A stretch of 64,000 nucleotides of DNA from an uncultured Acidobacteriota bacterium (GTDB taxonomy: Bacteria; Acidobacteriota; Terriglobia; Acidiferrales; UBA7541), in contig CAVWZE010000002.1 of the NCBI GenBank assembly GCA_963759485.1, positions 1,498,618 through 1,562,617 of the forward strand, in the 5' to 3' direction. The position numbers and the translations under genes are program-made. The notes beneath the pieces are model-generated. The model was not told the DNA's origin, searched no databases, and saw nothing but the letters and a program-made list of their open reading frames with translations. Each line of letters begins with the position of its first letter. The stretch's first letter is position 1. Shown piece after piece: positions 49,037 to 59,469 of this stretch.

Positions 49037-51856
49037 ATGTCAGATTCCAACCAAATCCGCATCAACGAACTGGCGCGAGAGCTTGAGATCAAAGCTAAGG
49101 TGCTGATCGACTTTCTGCCCCAGATCGGAGTCACGGAGAAAAAGACCCACTCGAGCTCACTCGACATTGAGCATGCCGAGCTGGCGCGAAAACATTTTCG
49201 CGAGCTAGCCGACGCGGAAGCGGCGGCGGAGGCGGCCAAGACAGCCGCAAAGTCAAAGGTCGTCCGGCCTGCCGCGGCACCCGCGAAGCCCGCTGGACCT
49301 GCCCCGGCACCGGCTGTGCATGCTGCCCCCGGTTCGCCAACGGTTCCGGCAAGGACGACACCCGCGCCTGGCGTGGCGCCACCTGCAGCGGCTCCGTCTG
49401 CGCCAGTGCGTCCGACTGTTTCGCCGGCCGCCCCGGCAGCTGCGACTCGGCCAGCGGCGCCTTCGGCTTCGCCAACTGCACCACGGACTGTGCCACCGAA
49501 CCGCCCGTCCCCTCCAGGAACGGCAACGGGACAGCCGTCCGCCCCCGGGACTATGCGTCCGGCAGCGGCTTCTTCAGCTCCCGCCACAGGCGCTCCGAGC
49601 GCGCCAAGGCCCGCAGGTCCGCCGCAAGCAGGACAGCCTGGTCGATTCCCGGCGCGTCCTGGTCAAGGCTTCGGCCAAAGTCGGCCGGGCGCTCCTCAAG
49701 GAATGCGCCCTGCGGCTGCACCGGGTCAGTCCAGACCGAGCGGCCCACCGAGACCTGGTGGAGCGCCGCCACCAAGATTTCCGCAGCGGCCAGGCACCAG
49801 TCGTCCCGGTCAGGGACCCATTGGAAGCCAGCGACCCGGCGCAACGGGCGTTTCAGGTCTGCCCAAGGCAGAACCAGGAAAGCCCCTCTACCAGCGAAAA
49901 CCGCCCGCTTCACGCGGACGTCCGACGATCGAAAAACGCTATGCCGAAGGCGAGCGCAGGCTGCACCCGGTTCGAACGCGCGCTGGTGTGGGAGCAGGAC
50001 GCGCGGCTCACGCTGAACCTGTGGCCCCTGTGCAACGCGAGCCGCGGAACGTCACGGTTACGGAAGGCATCACCGTACGCGAGCTTGCTGAGAAGATGGA
50101 TATTCGCGCCAAGGACTTGCTGAAAACCCTACTCGACCGCGGCGTTTTCGCCAGCATCAATCAAGCTCTCGATGTCCCCACTGCGACCAGTCTGGCGGAA
50201 GCGTTCAATGGAATCGTCCAAGTTGTGACCTTTGAAGAGCAGGTGGTCCAGGAAGAAAAAATTAAGGAAGAGCGCAGTGGAAACCAACTGCCGCGCGCTC
50301 CGGTAGTCACCGTGATGGGCCACGTGGACCACGGCAAGACCAGCTTGCTTGACGCCATCCGCGAAACCGAAGTAGCGGCAGGCGAAGCAGGCGGAATTAC
50401 CCAGCATATCGGCGCCTATGAAGCGCACGTGGACCAGCGGCGGATTGTTTTTATCGACACACCGGGCCACGAAGCGTTCACGCGAATGCGCGCGCGCGGA
50501 GCAAAGGTCACGGACATTGTCGTTTTGGTCGTAGCCGCGGACGATGGCGTGATGCCGCAGACGGAAGAAGCTATTGCGCACGCCAAAGCCGCCAACGTGC
50601 CCATCATTGTCGCCATAAATAAAATCGACAAGCCCGAGGCTCTGCCCGAGCGTGTGAAGCGCCAGCTTGCCGACCGCGGCTTGATGCCCGAGGAATGGGG
50701 CGGCGACACGGTGATGGTGGAAGTCTCCGCCAAGGCCAAGAAAAATCTGCCGCGCTTGCTCGAGATGATTCTGCTCGTCAGCGATTTGCGCGAACTCAAG
50801 GCCGATCCCGACGCTCCAGGCAGCGGCACCGTTCTCGAATCCCGCATGGATAAGGGCCGCGGACCTGTCGCTACCGTGCTGGTACAGAACGGAACCCTGC
50901 GCGTCGGCGACGTTTTCATCGTCGGCGCAGTGTACGGCAAAGTTCGCGCTATGTTTGACGATCGCGGCCAGGCCATTCAGAAGGCCGAACCGTCCACTCC
51001 CGTGGAAGTTCTCGGACTGCAAGGCGTGCCCGAAGCAGGCGACCAATTCCAGGTCGCGGACGAAGCCAAGGCCCGCCACATCGTCGAGTACCGTCAAGGA
51101 AAGCAGCGCGAGGCGGCTCTGGCAAAGACCGGCCCCTCCGGCCGCCTCACACTCGATCAACTGCACGAACAGCTTCGAGCAGGCGAAATGAAAGAATTGC
51201 CGGTGGTGGTGAAAGCGGACGTGCAAGGTTCTGTGGAAGTCCTCAACGAACTGCTGCCGGGACTTTCGAACGATCAGGTGCGGCTGAAAGTGATTCAGGC
51301 GAGCGTGGGTGCAGTGACCGAACGCGACGTGCTGCTCGCCTCGGCTTCCAATGCGATTATCGTGGCGTTCAACGTAAGGCCCGAGCGCAAAGCGTCCGAT
51401 CTCGCGCAGCGCGAAGGCGTGGACATCCGCCTCCACACGATTATCTACGAGCTGATTGACGAGCTGAAGAAAGCCGTCTCCGGACTGCTGGCGCCGCTCA
51501 TCAAGGAAACCTACCTGGGCCGCGCCGAAGTTCGCGACACCTTCCGCGTGAAGGGCGTGGGCATGATTGCGGGATGCTCCGTGCAGGAAGGCATCTTGAA
51601 GCGCGACGCGGACGTGCGCGTGCTTCGCGACAACGTGGTGATCTACACGGGCAAAATCAGCTCCCTACGGCGGTTCAAGGAAGACGCGAGCGAAGTACGC
51701 GCCGGCTTCGAGTGCGGCGCAGGCATCTCCAATTTCAACGACGTCAAAGTTGGCGATTCTCTGGAATGCTTCAAGATCGAGAAGGTCGCGCCGGTCGAAG
51801 CTCCGCCCGATCGAGCGGCACGGCCGCAAGCGGTGGTGGAAGCCAGGCGCGGCTAG
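49037..51856 (+). CDS. infB: Translation initiation factor IF-2
   Basis: Intact 939-aa ORF. Pro/Ala-rich N-terminal region, G domain ([26 protein letters not shown]). Confidence 0.95.
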   Translation: MSDSNQIRINELARELEIKAKVLIDFLPQIGVTEKKTHSSSLDIEHAELARKHFRELADAEAAAEAAKTAAKSKVVRPAAAPAKPAGPAPAPAVHAAPGSPTVPARTTPAPGVAPPAAAPSAPVRPTVSPAAPAAATRPAAPSASPTAPRTVPPNRPSPPGTATGQPSAPGTMRPAAASSAPATGAPSAPRPAGPPQAGQPGRFPARPGQGFGQSRPGAPQGMRPAAAPGQSRPSGPPRPGGAPPPRFPQRPGTSRPGQGPIGSQRPGATGVSGLPKAEPGKPLYQRKPPASRGRPTIEKRYAEGERRLHPVRTRAGVGAGRAAHAEPVAPVQREPRNVTVTEGITVRELAEKMDIRAKDLLKTLLDRGVFASINQALDVPTATSLAEAFNGIVQVVTFEEQVVQEEKIKEERSGNQLPRAPVVTVMGHVDHGKTSLLDAIRETEVAAGEAGGITQHIGAYEAHVDQRRIVFIDTPGHEAFTRMRARGAKVTDIVVLVVAADDGVMPQTEEAIAHAKAANVPIIVAINKIDKPEALPERVKRQLADRGLMPEEWGGDTVMVEVSAKAKKNLPRLLEMILLVSDLRELKADPDAPGSGTVLESRMDKGRGPVATVLVQNGTLRVGDVFIVGAVYGKVRAMFDDRGQAIQKAEPSTPVEVLGLQGVPEAGDQFQVADEAKARHIVEYRQGKQREAALAKTGPSGRLTLDQLHEQLRAGEMKELPVVVKADVQGSVEVLNELLPGLSNDQVRLKVIQASVGAVTERDVLLASASNAIIVAFNVRPERKASDLAQREGVDIRLHTIIYELIDELKKAVSGLLAPLIKETYLGRAEVRDTFRVKGVGMIAGCSVQEGILKRDADVRVLRDNVVIYTGKISSLRRFKEDASEVRAGFECGAGISNFNDVKVGDSLECFKIEKVAPVEAPPDRAARPQAVVEARRG

Positions 51857-51969
51857 AAGCGCGCGCCGGCGCACCGCGCGAAGTTTTTCGGTGCGGACCG
51901 GAGCTCCTCGGCTCGCTCCGGTTTTGCCTCCGAAAAGGGCGCGCCTTTACTGCCTCGGGATGAACGGAA

Positions 51970-52263
51970 ATGCCGGTCGGCCTCCTCACACTGGAAATTC
52001 ACATTTCTGACGCGCAGTCTTTGAAAGACAAGCGGCAGGTGCTTCGCGGCCTGAAAGACCGATTGCGCGCCCACTTCAACGTGGCCGTCTCCGAGCTGGA
52101 TCATCAAGAAGTTTGGCAGCGGTCGCGCGTCGGTGTGGTCACCATTTCTGGCGACGGCAAGCATCTCGAGGAATCGGTTCAAGCGATCGCCGCTGAATCG
52201 GAGCGCATCCTGGGGCGCGATCTGGTTTCAAGCCAAATCGAATATTTTGAGGATGGGGAATGA
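51970..52263 (+). CDS. DUF503 (YlxP-like) protein
   Basis: LEIHISDAQSLKDKRQVLRGLKDRLRAHFNVAVSE. Conserved position between infB and rbfA. Confidence 0.8.
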   Translation: MPVGLLTLEIHISDAQSLKDKRQVLRGLKDRLRAHFNVAVSELDHQEVWQRSRVGVVTISGDGKHLEESVQAIAAESERILGRDLVSSQIEYFEDGE

Positions 52264-52622
52264 CCGTCGGCGGATTTCGCGCGGAACGAATTGCGGAAGA
52301 AATCCGCAATGAAGTTGGCCTGATGCTGGCCGGTGAGTTGAAAGATCCGCGCTTGGCGGTGCCGCTTAGCGTCACGGAGGTTCGCGTCGCGCCCGGCATG
52401 CGCGCGGTGCGCGTTTTCGTGCAGATTCCCGGAGAAGATGCGGAGAGATCCAAAGCGCTGGCGGGCTTGAAAGCCGCCGCGGGTTTCGTCCGCCACGAAT
52501 TAGTCGAGCGGCTTCGGCTCCGGCGCGCTCCCGAGATCATTTTCCTCGTCGATGAATCCGAGGAGTACGGCGAGCATATCGACGAGCTGCTGCGGAAAGT
52601 ACATCAGCCGGAGAAATCGTAG
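52260..52622 (+). CDS. rbfA: Ribosome-binding factor A
   Basis: RAERIAEEIRNEVGLMLAGELKDPRL...VTEVRVAPGMRAVRVFV...LRRAPEIIF. Confidence 0.9.
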   Translation: MTVGGFRAERIAEEIRNEVGLMLAGELKDPRLAVPLSVTEVRVAPGMRAVRVFVQIPGEDAERSKALAGLKAAAGFVRHELVERLRLRRAPEIIFLVDESEEYGEHIDELLRKVHQPEKS

Positions 52623-52678
52623 CGGGCGTCGCCCGAAGTTTTGCCGGCTCCGAATCCGGCGCTGCGAATAAAGCCAAA

Positions 52679-53653
52679 ATGTCGCGAATCCCCCAACCGC
52701 CTCCACTCGATGGAATCCTCGTAGTCGATAAGCCGCGGGGAAAGACGTCTCACGACGTGGTCGAAACCGTGCGCCGCCTCGTCGGCTTCCGCCAAATCGG
52801 ACACCTTGGCACGCTCGACCCGCTGGCCACGGGTGTGCTGGTGCTCGCGCTCGGCAAAGCCACTCGGCTCGCGCGCTTCTACAAGGGACGGCGTAAACGC
52901 TACACTTGCGCCGTGCGCTTCGGCTTCGCCACGGATACGTATGACGCCGATGGCGAAGCCCAGGGCGCGGATTCGGCGCCCGTGCTCGATGAGGCGCAAA
53001 TTCAGGGGCTGGCCGCGCAATTCACAGGGAAAATCCAACAGACTCCTCCGTCCTTTTCGGCCAAAAAAATTCACGGGCGGCCGGCGCACGAACTCGCGCG
53101 CAAAAATAAACCCGTGAAGCTGGAACCGATTGACGTGGAAGTGTACGAATTCAGACTAACGGGAATCGAAGGCGCCATCGCTCGCTTCTCGGTCGAGTGC
53201 GGGGCGGGCACCTACATTCGTTCGCTGGCGCACGACCTGGGCAAGCTCCACGGCTCGGGCGCTCACCTGGCGGAAATAACCCGCACCGCGGTGGGGGAGT
53301 TTACTCTCGACCACGCCGTGCCGCTCGCCGAGCTTGCCGAAGAGGCAAAATCGGGGAAGATCTCCGCGCGGGTGATCCGGCTCGAAGGACTGCTCTCCGA
53401 ATTGCCGCGTGCCACTGTTCTGCCCATCGTCGAGAAGCGCGTGCGCCACGGCGCCAAGTTTAATTTGCCGCTCGCGCAAATTCAGCCCGGCCGTGCGACA
53501 GCCGCGCAAGGCGCGCCGGCCGAGCTTGATTCCGGGGAGTGGCAACCCTCGCGATTGCGGGTCTTCAGTCAGCAGGGACATTTAATCGCCATTGCCGAGC
53601 CTGTGGTTCCGCGCACGTATCAGCCGGTGGTCGTGCTCGACGCAACACAATAG
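52679..53653 (+). CDS. truB: tRNA pseudouridine(55) synthase
   Basis: GILVVDKPRGKTSHDVV...GHLGTLDPLATGVLVLALG...QTPPSFSAKKI. Confidence 0.9.
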   Translation: MSRIPQPPPLDGILVVDKPRGKTSHDVVETVRRLVGFRQIGHLGTLDPLATGVLVLALGKATRLARFYKGRRKRYTCAVRFGFATDTYDADGEAQGADSAPVLDEAQIQGLAAQFTGKIQQTPPSFSAKKIHGRPAHELARKNKPVKLEPIDVEVYEFRLTGIEGAIARFSVECGAGTYIRSLAHDLGKLHGSGAHLAEITRTAVGEFTLDHAVPLAELAEEAKSGKISARVIRLEGLLSELPRATVLPIVEKRVRHGAKFNLPLAQIQPGRATAAQGAPAELDSGEWQPSRLRVFSQQGHLIAIAEPVVPRTYQPVVVLDATQ

Positions 53654-53687
53654 ACATTTCCGCCGTTCCAGACGTTGCGCCAAATCT

Positions 53688-56600
53688 CTATTGGTCCGGC
53701 AAAGGCCGGACGCCCCGCTGCGTCGGCAGGTTTGCGGGGTTTTGTTCCAGCGGCTCTCGCCCTGGCTGCGGAACTGGCTGTGGTGGCACGAACGTGTTTC
53801 CCACTGTTCCAGCGCCTTCGCCCTCCACCGACCCCTGCCCCGCGTAAATCGTATGATCCTTGCGTGGGGCGAGCCGCACCATCCGCGGCGTGACCAGGAT
53901 AAGCAACTCGGTCTCCTGCTGCTGCGCGTTTTGGTTCTGATCGAGAAGACCGATTCCCGGAATGTCGGCGATTCCTGGGTTGCCGGTGATCGCGTTGCTG
54001 AGCTGCGTTTCGAGGAACCCTGCCAGCGCCGCCGTTTCGTTGGGCCTCACCCGAACTGTCTGATCCACTTCGTCATTGCTGATGATGGGGATTGCATTGA
54101 TGCTCTGGCCGCTCAGGCTGCTCATATTGAAGTTCAGATCAAGAGTAACGTCGTCGTTGGGATGGATTCGCGGCGTGGCCTTCACCTTCAGGCCGATGTC
54201 GAGGTACTGCACTCCTGGATACGGCGTGCCGAAAGAATTGAGCCCTACACCGCTGCCAAAAAGGCTGGCGGAATTGATGACGACGGTCGCCTGAGCCGAT
54301 CCGTTGTCTGCCGTGGCCGCATCTATCAGGCCGTCGCCATTAAAATCAGCCGTCGCGATGGAAGCAGGAGCAGCGCCCACCGGTATTTCCGGAAGCGCCG
54401 TGAAAAGCTCGCTGCCGCTGTTTAGAAGGACCGTTATGGCATTGTCCGTTTGGTCGGAGACCGCGATATCGGGAACGCCGTCCGCATTGTAATCTGCCAC
54501 GGAGATACTGGTTGGACCGTTGCCCGCGACGAAATCGCGGGTGGCGCCCGCTACGAATTTGCCAAGGGGCGCCGAGTTGGCGGTGCTGATTTGATTGTAG
54601 TAGACCGTCACGGAGTTTCCGCCGAGGTTCGCTACCGCGATGTCCTCGGCGCCATCGGCGTTAAAGTCTCCAAACGCCACTGATACGGGAGCGTCTCCGG
54701 TGGGATAGTCGGTGCGATTCTGAAAAGTTCCGTCGCCATTACCTAAGAAGACAGAGATGGTGTTGTGGCCTTGGTCCGCGACGACTAGGTCCGCGTGGCC
54801 GTCGCCATTCAGATCCGTGGCCGCAAGAGCGGCAGGTGAAAAACCGGTGGGAAGCTGGATCAATGCTGGCGCCTGGAAAGTACCGTCGCCATTTCCCTGA
54901 AAGACGGAAATCGAATTGTCGTCCTGGTTGGCGACCGCAAGATCGAGAAATCCCGTTCCGCTGAGATCGTGAAAATCGGTGGCGATCACTGAAACAGGCC
55001 CTCTGCCTGTTGGTATGTCCACTTTGGGCTGGAACGTGCCGTCGCCTTTCCCGAGCAAAATCGAAACCGTATTTGCGGCCTTATTGGCAACCGCCAAATC
55101 CAAAATGTTATCGCTATTTGCGGCGGCCGCGCCGTTATTGAATTGCCCGCTCGCAATCCAAACTGGAGTTGTCCCCGTCGGGAACGTCGTCTGCGCGCCG
55201 AATGTCCCGTCGCCATTTCCAAGCAACACCGACACGGTATTGTCGGCCGAATTCGCGACGATCAGGTCGTTCATACTAGTGCCGCGCAGGTCGGCTGTGG
55301 CCACGAAAGCAGGTGAATTCCCCGCCGCATAGTTGGTGAGCGGAGCCACTGTTGCCGCGCCGGCGCTGACGCTGCTGATTCCCGCCGATGTGATACTCGG
55401 AGCAAAAGTCGTAAGGGAGACCGGAACGCGGTCGCCCACAAAAAACGTCGCGGGCTGGCCGTCCTGCGCACGGAGCAAAATGCGCCGGCCCTGCCGGACA
55501 ACGGAGAGCATCTCGGCAAAATTGGCCGCCGCACCGGGAAGGGTGGCGAGAAACGTCGTCTTGCCTCCGCCGAAAGCAATGACCGGCGGAAGCGATGAGG
55601 TCCCGAAGATTTGGTTGATCACGTCAATGAGACCCTGGGCGGATTGTTCCGCCTCCTGAATTTGCTGCGAGCTGAGCGAATAAACCGTTGCGGTTTGAGG
55701 CGGGGTAATTCCAAGCTGCCGCGCGCGATTGCGGTCCACCTCGAGAACTTCAATTTCTAAAACCACTTCTCCCGTGGGCTGCTCGAGATTGCCAATCAGG
55801 TCCGAGGCCACCGCAATCGCTTGCGGAGACGCGCGCAGCGTGATCGTGCGGCTGTTCGCATCGAGGTCAGAGCGGGTGATGCCGGTGATATCGCGAACCA
55901 TTCGCAGCATTTCCGTCATCTGCTCGGGCGTTTCCGAAGACGGAAGCAAAACGGTGCGGACCACCGAAGCGTCGTAGTCTTTTCGTTTTTGCGGCGTATT
56001 GTCGGTGACGAAAAAGAGACGCGACGTGAGCGGCCGCCAAAATGTTGCGGTCAAGTCGCCCAGCACGCGCGCGGCGGTCGGGAAATCCATGTCGGTTACC
56101 TGGAAGTGAACCGTTCGAGCATGGAGATCGACGTCGAATGCCGCTTCCACACCAAATTGCGACGCCAACTGTTGGTACGCTCCCTGCGTATCGCCGCGAT
56201 AGTCGAAGCTCCGTTTGCCAGGCCGGTATTCGAGATCCGGCTCGCCCGTGATTTCCGGCTCATCGATTTCTCGAACCCTCTCCGGCTCCGCGGCCGTCAG
56301 TTCCACGATCCGTTCCTGCACTGTCCTATTCGAAGGATCGATGTAGCTGGCGTCGAGCAGTTCCCTGCGGGCTGCGTCCAGCCGCCCTGAGACGGCATCG
56401 CGCTCGGCGGCGTCAACCTTTTTTTGAACGATTCGACTTTTCGCGATTGCTAGACGCAGTAGGTATTCCCGGTCGCTTGGATCCCAGTGCGCCGCGTCGG
56501 AGTACGCGGCAAAAGCGGCGTCCCAATCCAGCCGCTGCTCCGCCCGTACGCCGTCTTCATAGGCTGCTTTCGCTTTTTTCGCATCGGCCTTGGACTCTAC

Positions 56601-56759
56601 CGGCGAGACGGCGGGTTTGACAGCGGGTGATTGCGAGGGTGCCTGAGCTGCGGTTGCACAGATCGCCAAAGTGCCGGCAAAAAGCAGCAAGCAGAAGCCG
56701 CTCGAGATTGCAACGCGACGGGGCCCTCGGACCTTGTCGGGATAATTCTGATCGGCCAT
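53688..56759 (-). CDS. Secretin-family outer-membrane channel protein with inserted seven-repeat FG-GAP/VCBS block
   Basis: ORF 53688..57833, likely start MADQNYPDK...signal peptide...ATAAQA at 56759 (1023 aa). Secretin N-domains and secretin core are split: ...VLEIEVLEVDRNRARQLGI...ILLRAQDGQPATFFVGDRVPV // YLDIGLKVKATPRIHPNDDVTLDL...IPIISNDEVDQTVRVRPNETAALAGF...ELLILVTPRMV. Between them are 7 repeats of D(x)NGDGxxDLxVAN...VSVxLGNGDGTF. Confidence 0.8.
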   Translation of the reverse strand: MADQNYPDKVRGPRRVAISSGFCLLLFAGTLAICATAAQAPSQSPAVKPAVSPVESKADAKKAKAAYEDGVRAEQRLDWDAAFAAYSDAAHWDPSDREYLLRLAIAKSRIVQKKVDAAERDAVSGRLDAARRELLDASYIDPSNRTVQERIVELTAAEPERVREIDEPEITGEPDLEYRPGKRSFDYRGDTQGAYQQLASQFGVEAAFDVDLHARTVHFQVTDMDFPTAARVLGDLTATFWRPLTSRLFFVTDNTPQKRKDYDASVVRTVLLPSSETPEQMTEMLRMVRDITGITRSDLDANSRTITLRASPQAIAVASDLIGNLEQPTGEVVLEIEVLEVDRNRARQLGITPPQTATVYSLSSQQIQEAEQSAQGLIDVINQIFGTSSLPPVIAFGGGKTTFLATLPGAAANFAEMLSVVRQGRRILLRAQDGQPATFFVGDRVPVSLTTFAPSITSAGISSVSAGAATVAPLTNYAAGNSPAFVATADLRGTSMNDLIVANSADNTVSVLLGNGDGTFGAQTTFPTGTTPVWIASGQFNNGAAAANSDNILDLAVANKAANTVSILLGKGDGTFQPKVDIPTGRGPVSVIATDFHDLSGTGFLDLAVANQDDNSISVFQGNGDGTFQAPALIQLPTGFSPAALAATDLNGDGHADLVVADQGHNTISVFLGNGDGTFQNRTDYPTGDAPVSVAFGDFNADGAEDIAVANLGGNSVTVYYNQISTANSAPLGKFVAGATRDFVAGNGPTSISVADYNADGVPDIAVSDQTDNAITVLLNSGSELFTALPEIPVGAAPASIATADFNGDGLIDAATADNGSAQATVVINSASLFGSGVGLNSFGTPYPGVQYLDIGLKVKATPRIHPNDDVTLDLNFNMSSLSGQSINAIPIISNDEVDQTVRVRPNETAALAGFLETQLSNAITGNPGIADIPGIGLLDQNQNAQQQETELLILVTPRMVRLAPRKDHTIYAGQGSVEGEGAGTVGNTFVPPQPVPQPGREPLEQNPANLPTQRGVRPLPDQ

Positions 56760-56903
56760 AGCTAATGTGTGATGCCATTGTACAAAGGAACGTAAACCGT
56801 GCGGCTGTAAAGCAGAACGATGTTGTTCAAAGAGCTTGAATTTGAGCCAGTACCTCGCTAGACTTGAAATGCCAGTTGCAACTCGTTTACAACTGAGAAT
56901 TCT

Positions 56904-57962
56904 ATGATTCCAGCTCTCCTTGTAGCTCTTCGGGAAGGTGTCGAGGCCGCGCTCATCGTCGGCATTGTACTCGTCTATTTGGACCGCAGCGGCCGCCGTG
57001 CATTGAAAAGCTATGCCTGGGGAGGAGTTATCCTCGCGTGTGCGGCCAGCGTCGCCGCCGCAGTGCTCTTGCAGAGCTGGGCAATTAGCGAAGACGGCTT
57101 CGAAGGCCTGCTGATGCTGCTGGCCTCCGCGCTGGTCGTCACCATGATTATATGGATGAACCGCGTGGCGCGGAGCCTGCGAGAAAACATCGAAGCGCGC
57201 GTGGAGGCTTATGCGCAGCGGTCCACGAGCGCCGCGGGATGGGCCATCGGCGCATTTGTTTTCTTCATGGTTGTGCGCGAGGGCGCGGAGCTCGTTCTGA
57301 TCCTGCGGGCGGTGCAGCTTTCCACCGCAGGCGTGCAAGTGTGGATTGGGACACTGCTCGGCATTGCGATTGCGGTCGGCGTGGGCGTTTTCTTCTTCCA
57401 GGGAACGCTGCGGATTCCGCTGCATCGCTTCTTTCGTGCCACAAGCATCATCCTTATGGTCGTCGCGTTCCAACTCGCCCTCACTGGCGTGCACGAGTTG
57501 AGCGAGGCCCAGTGGATATGGTCCAGCAAAACCGAGATGGCCACTGTCGGGCCGATCGTGCGCAATGAAGTTTTCTTTTTCGTGGTGATTCTGGGAGTGG
57601 CCGCGCTCGTGGTGATGCGCGAATGGTTCGGCGCGCGGCGGCCGTCCGAGGACGGCCGCCGCCAATCCCGCCGAACGCCGCTTGCGCGAATGGGAGTTTC
57701 GCCGCCAGCGCCGATGGAGCTTTGCCGCTGCAATCCTGTGCGTGCTGGTGGTCGTATCGCTGGCAGCGGAATTCGCGTACACGCACGCCATGAACGCCCC
57801 GCAACCCGCGCAGATGCTGACCGCGCAAAACAACGAAGTCCGAATTCCGCTTTCGGAATTGACCGATTCCAGCCTGCACTTTTACACGGCCGAGGTGAAT
57901 GGCACCTCCGTTCGATTTATGGTAATTCACCGTACCAACGGCGACTATGCCACGGCGCTTGA
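56904..57962 (+). CDS. FTR1-family iron permease (C-terminal ~95 aa of the ORF overlap the next gene and look artefactual)
   Basis: Two REGxE motifs (LREGVEAAL, VREGAELVL) and about 7 TM helices. After ...VVMREWFGARR the frame becomes Arg-rich and overlaps ORF 57682..58167 by 281 nt. Confidence 0.75.
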   Translation: MIPALLVALREGVEAALIVGIVLVYLDRSGRRALKSYAWGGVILACAASVAAAVLLQSWAISEDGFEGLLMLLASALVVTMIIWMNRVARSLRENIEARVEAYAQRSTSAAGWAIGAFVFFMVVREGAELVLILRAVQLSTAGVQVWIGTLLGIAIAVGVGVFFFQGTLRIPLHRFFRATSIILMVVAFQLALTGVHELSEAQWIWSSKTEMATVGPIVRNEVFFFVVILGVAALVVMREWFGARRPSEDGRRQSRRTPLARMGVSPPAPMELCRCNPVRAGGRIAGSGIRVHARHERPATRADADRAKQRSPNSAFGIDRFQPALLHGRGEWHLRSIYGNSPYQRRLCHGA

Positions 57963-58167
57963 TGCCTGCGAGATTTGCGGACGCGCGGGCTACCGTCAGG
58001 AAGGGCAAAACCTCATCTGCAAGAATTGCGGCTCTGCGATTTACATTCCTTCGATTGGCGATCGCGGTGGCTGCAATCCGATTCCAGTGAAATCGAGAGT
58101 CGCGGGAGGAGAAGTGGTCGTCGATCTCTCGGCGCTGGCCAACGCCAACGCGATGATTCACTCTTAA
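57682..58167 (+). CDS. DUF2318-type membrane-anchored Cys-rich (putative metal/Fe-S binding) protein
   Basis: TM helix AAAILCVLVVVSLAA, then FYTAEVNGTSVRFMVI...ALDACEICGRAGYRQEGQNLICKNCGSAI. TTG start is uncertain. Confidence 0.65.
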   Translation: MREWEFRRQRRWSFAAAILCVLVVVSLAAEFAYTHAMNAPQPAQMLTAQNNEVRIPLSELTDSSLHFYTAEVNGTSVRFMVIHRTNGDYATALDACEICGRAGYRQEGQNLICKNCGSAIYIPSIGDRGGCNPIPVKSRVAGGEVVVDLSALANANAMIHS

Positions 58168-58170
58168 ATA

Positions 58171-59469
58171 ATGTTCGCAAGAATCGTACGCCAATCGTTC
58201 GCTCGCAACGCGCGCCGCAAGATTCTGACCGCTGCGGCGCTGGTGGTGGGAATGGCCGTGGCGACGGCAACGCTGACCGTCGCGCTCGAAGTGGGCGACC
58301 GCATGGCGCGCGAATTTCGCAGCCTGGGCGCGAACCTGCTGGTTACGCCGCAATCGGACACGTTGCCCGTTGAAATCGGCGGCGTCGATTACCGCCCAGT
58401 TGACCAGGGCGCCTATCTCCCAGAAGCGGATCTGGGCAAATTGAAAACGATTTTCTGGCGCCACAATATTCTCGGTTTCACTCCATTCCTCGACGTTCCC
58501 GCATATTTCAGTCCCGGCGACGCGCAGGCGAAAACCGCCGCAACCGTTATCGGCACATGGTATGACCATGAGGTTCCTGTGCCGGACGGAACGGCGTTCA
58601 AAACGGGCGCAAGCGTCACGCATCCGTGGTGGACAATTCAAGGCCGCTGGTTTCATGACGACGCACAGGAAGTAGTGGTGGGCGAGGCACTGGCTGCGAC
58701 GCATCCAGACACTCTCGCGATTGGCAAGACGATATACGTAGCGGAGAGCGAGAATTCCGGCTCTACGCGCCCGCTGGTCGTGACAGGCATCGTTTCAGCA
58801 GGTGACAATGAGGACAATGCCCTGCTGGTTCCTCTTTCCGTCGCGCAAAATCTCTCCGGCCATCCCGGGCAGTTTCGGCAGCTTTTTGTAAGCGCGCTCA
58901 CCAAGCCGGCCGACGCGCTGGCCAGCCGCGATCCGAAGACGCTGACGCCGACGGAATACGACCGCTGGTTCTGCTCGCCCTACATTTCGTCGATCAGTTA
59001 CCAGATTGAAGAAGTGCTGCCCGGAACGGATGTGCATGCGATCCGGCGCGTGGCGGATTCCGAGGGCAAGATTCTTTCTCATGTGAGCACGCTGCTGTGG
59101 ATCGTAACGCTGGCCGCGCTGGTGGGCGCGGGACTTGCCGTGGCGGCCACTTCCGCCGCCGCCATTCTCGAGAGGCGCGCGGAGATCGGAGTTATGAAAG
59201 CGATCGGCGCGACGAATACGTCCATCTCGGCGCTATTTCTGACGGAGCACTTGATGCTCGCGCTCATCGGCGGAGCGATCGGATTCATCTTTGGCACAGG
59301 TCTTGCGCGTTTTCTCGGAGAAAGTGTCTTCGGTGCGCCGGCATCTCCGCGAATCATCCTTCTGCCAATTGTTCTCGGGCTTGCGGCGCTCGTGGCGCTG
59401 GCTGGCGGTCTGATTCCCTTGCGGCGGGCGGCGCATTTCGATCCTGCGCCGATCCTGCGGGGCGAATGA
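58171..59469 (+). CDS. ABC transporter permease, FtsX/MacB-like
   Basis: 432 aa. N-terminal TM, large periplasmic domain, C-terminal FtsX domain (ERRAEIGVMKAIGATNTSISALFLTEHLMLALIGGAIGF). Confidence 0.85.
   Translation: MFARIVRQSFARNARRKILTAAALVVGMAVATATLTVALEVGDRMAREFRSLGANLLVTPQSDTLPVEIGGVDYRPVDQGAYLPEADLGKLKTIFWRHNILGFTPFLDVPAYFSPGDAQAKTAATVIGTWYDHEVPVPDGTAFKTGASVTHPWWTIQGRWFHDDAQEVVVGEALAATHPDTLAIGKTIYVAESENSGSTRPLVVTGIVSAGDNEDNALLVPLSVAQNLSGHPGQFRQLFVSALTKPADALASRDPKTLTPTEYDRWFCSPYISSISYQIEEVLPGTDVHAIRRVADSEGKILSHVSTLLWIVTLAALVGAGLAVAATSAAAILERRAEIGVMKAIGATNTSISALFLTEHLMLALIGGAIGFIFGTGLARFLGESVFGAPASPRIILLPIVLGLAALVALAGGLIPLRRAAHFDPAPILRGE

Noticed and set aside
49250-49950. Pro/Ala/Gly-rich repetitive tract as a possible insertion or mobile repeat
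   Set aside because: It lies in frame within the N-terminal region of IF-2, which is commonly low-complexity in high-GC bacteria. There are no flanking repeats.
48658-51436. Long minus-strand ORFs (309 aa at 48658..49587; 435 aa at 50129..51436) opposite infB
   Set aside because: They are Ala/Gly/Arg/His-rich with no motifs and sit entirely antisense to the strongly conserved IF-2 frame. These are typical shadow ORFs of high-GC DNA.
56760-57833. N-terminal 358-aa extension of the secretin ORF (ORF track start at 57833)
   Set aside because: The extension is His/Arg-rich and lies antisense to the FTR1 permease gene. A proper signal peptide follows the internal ATG at 56759.
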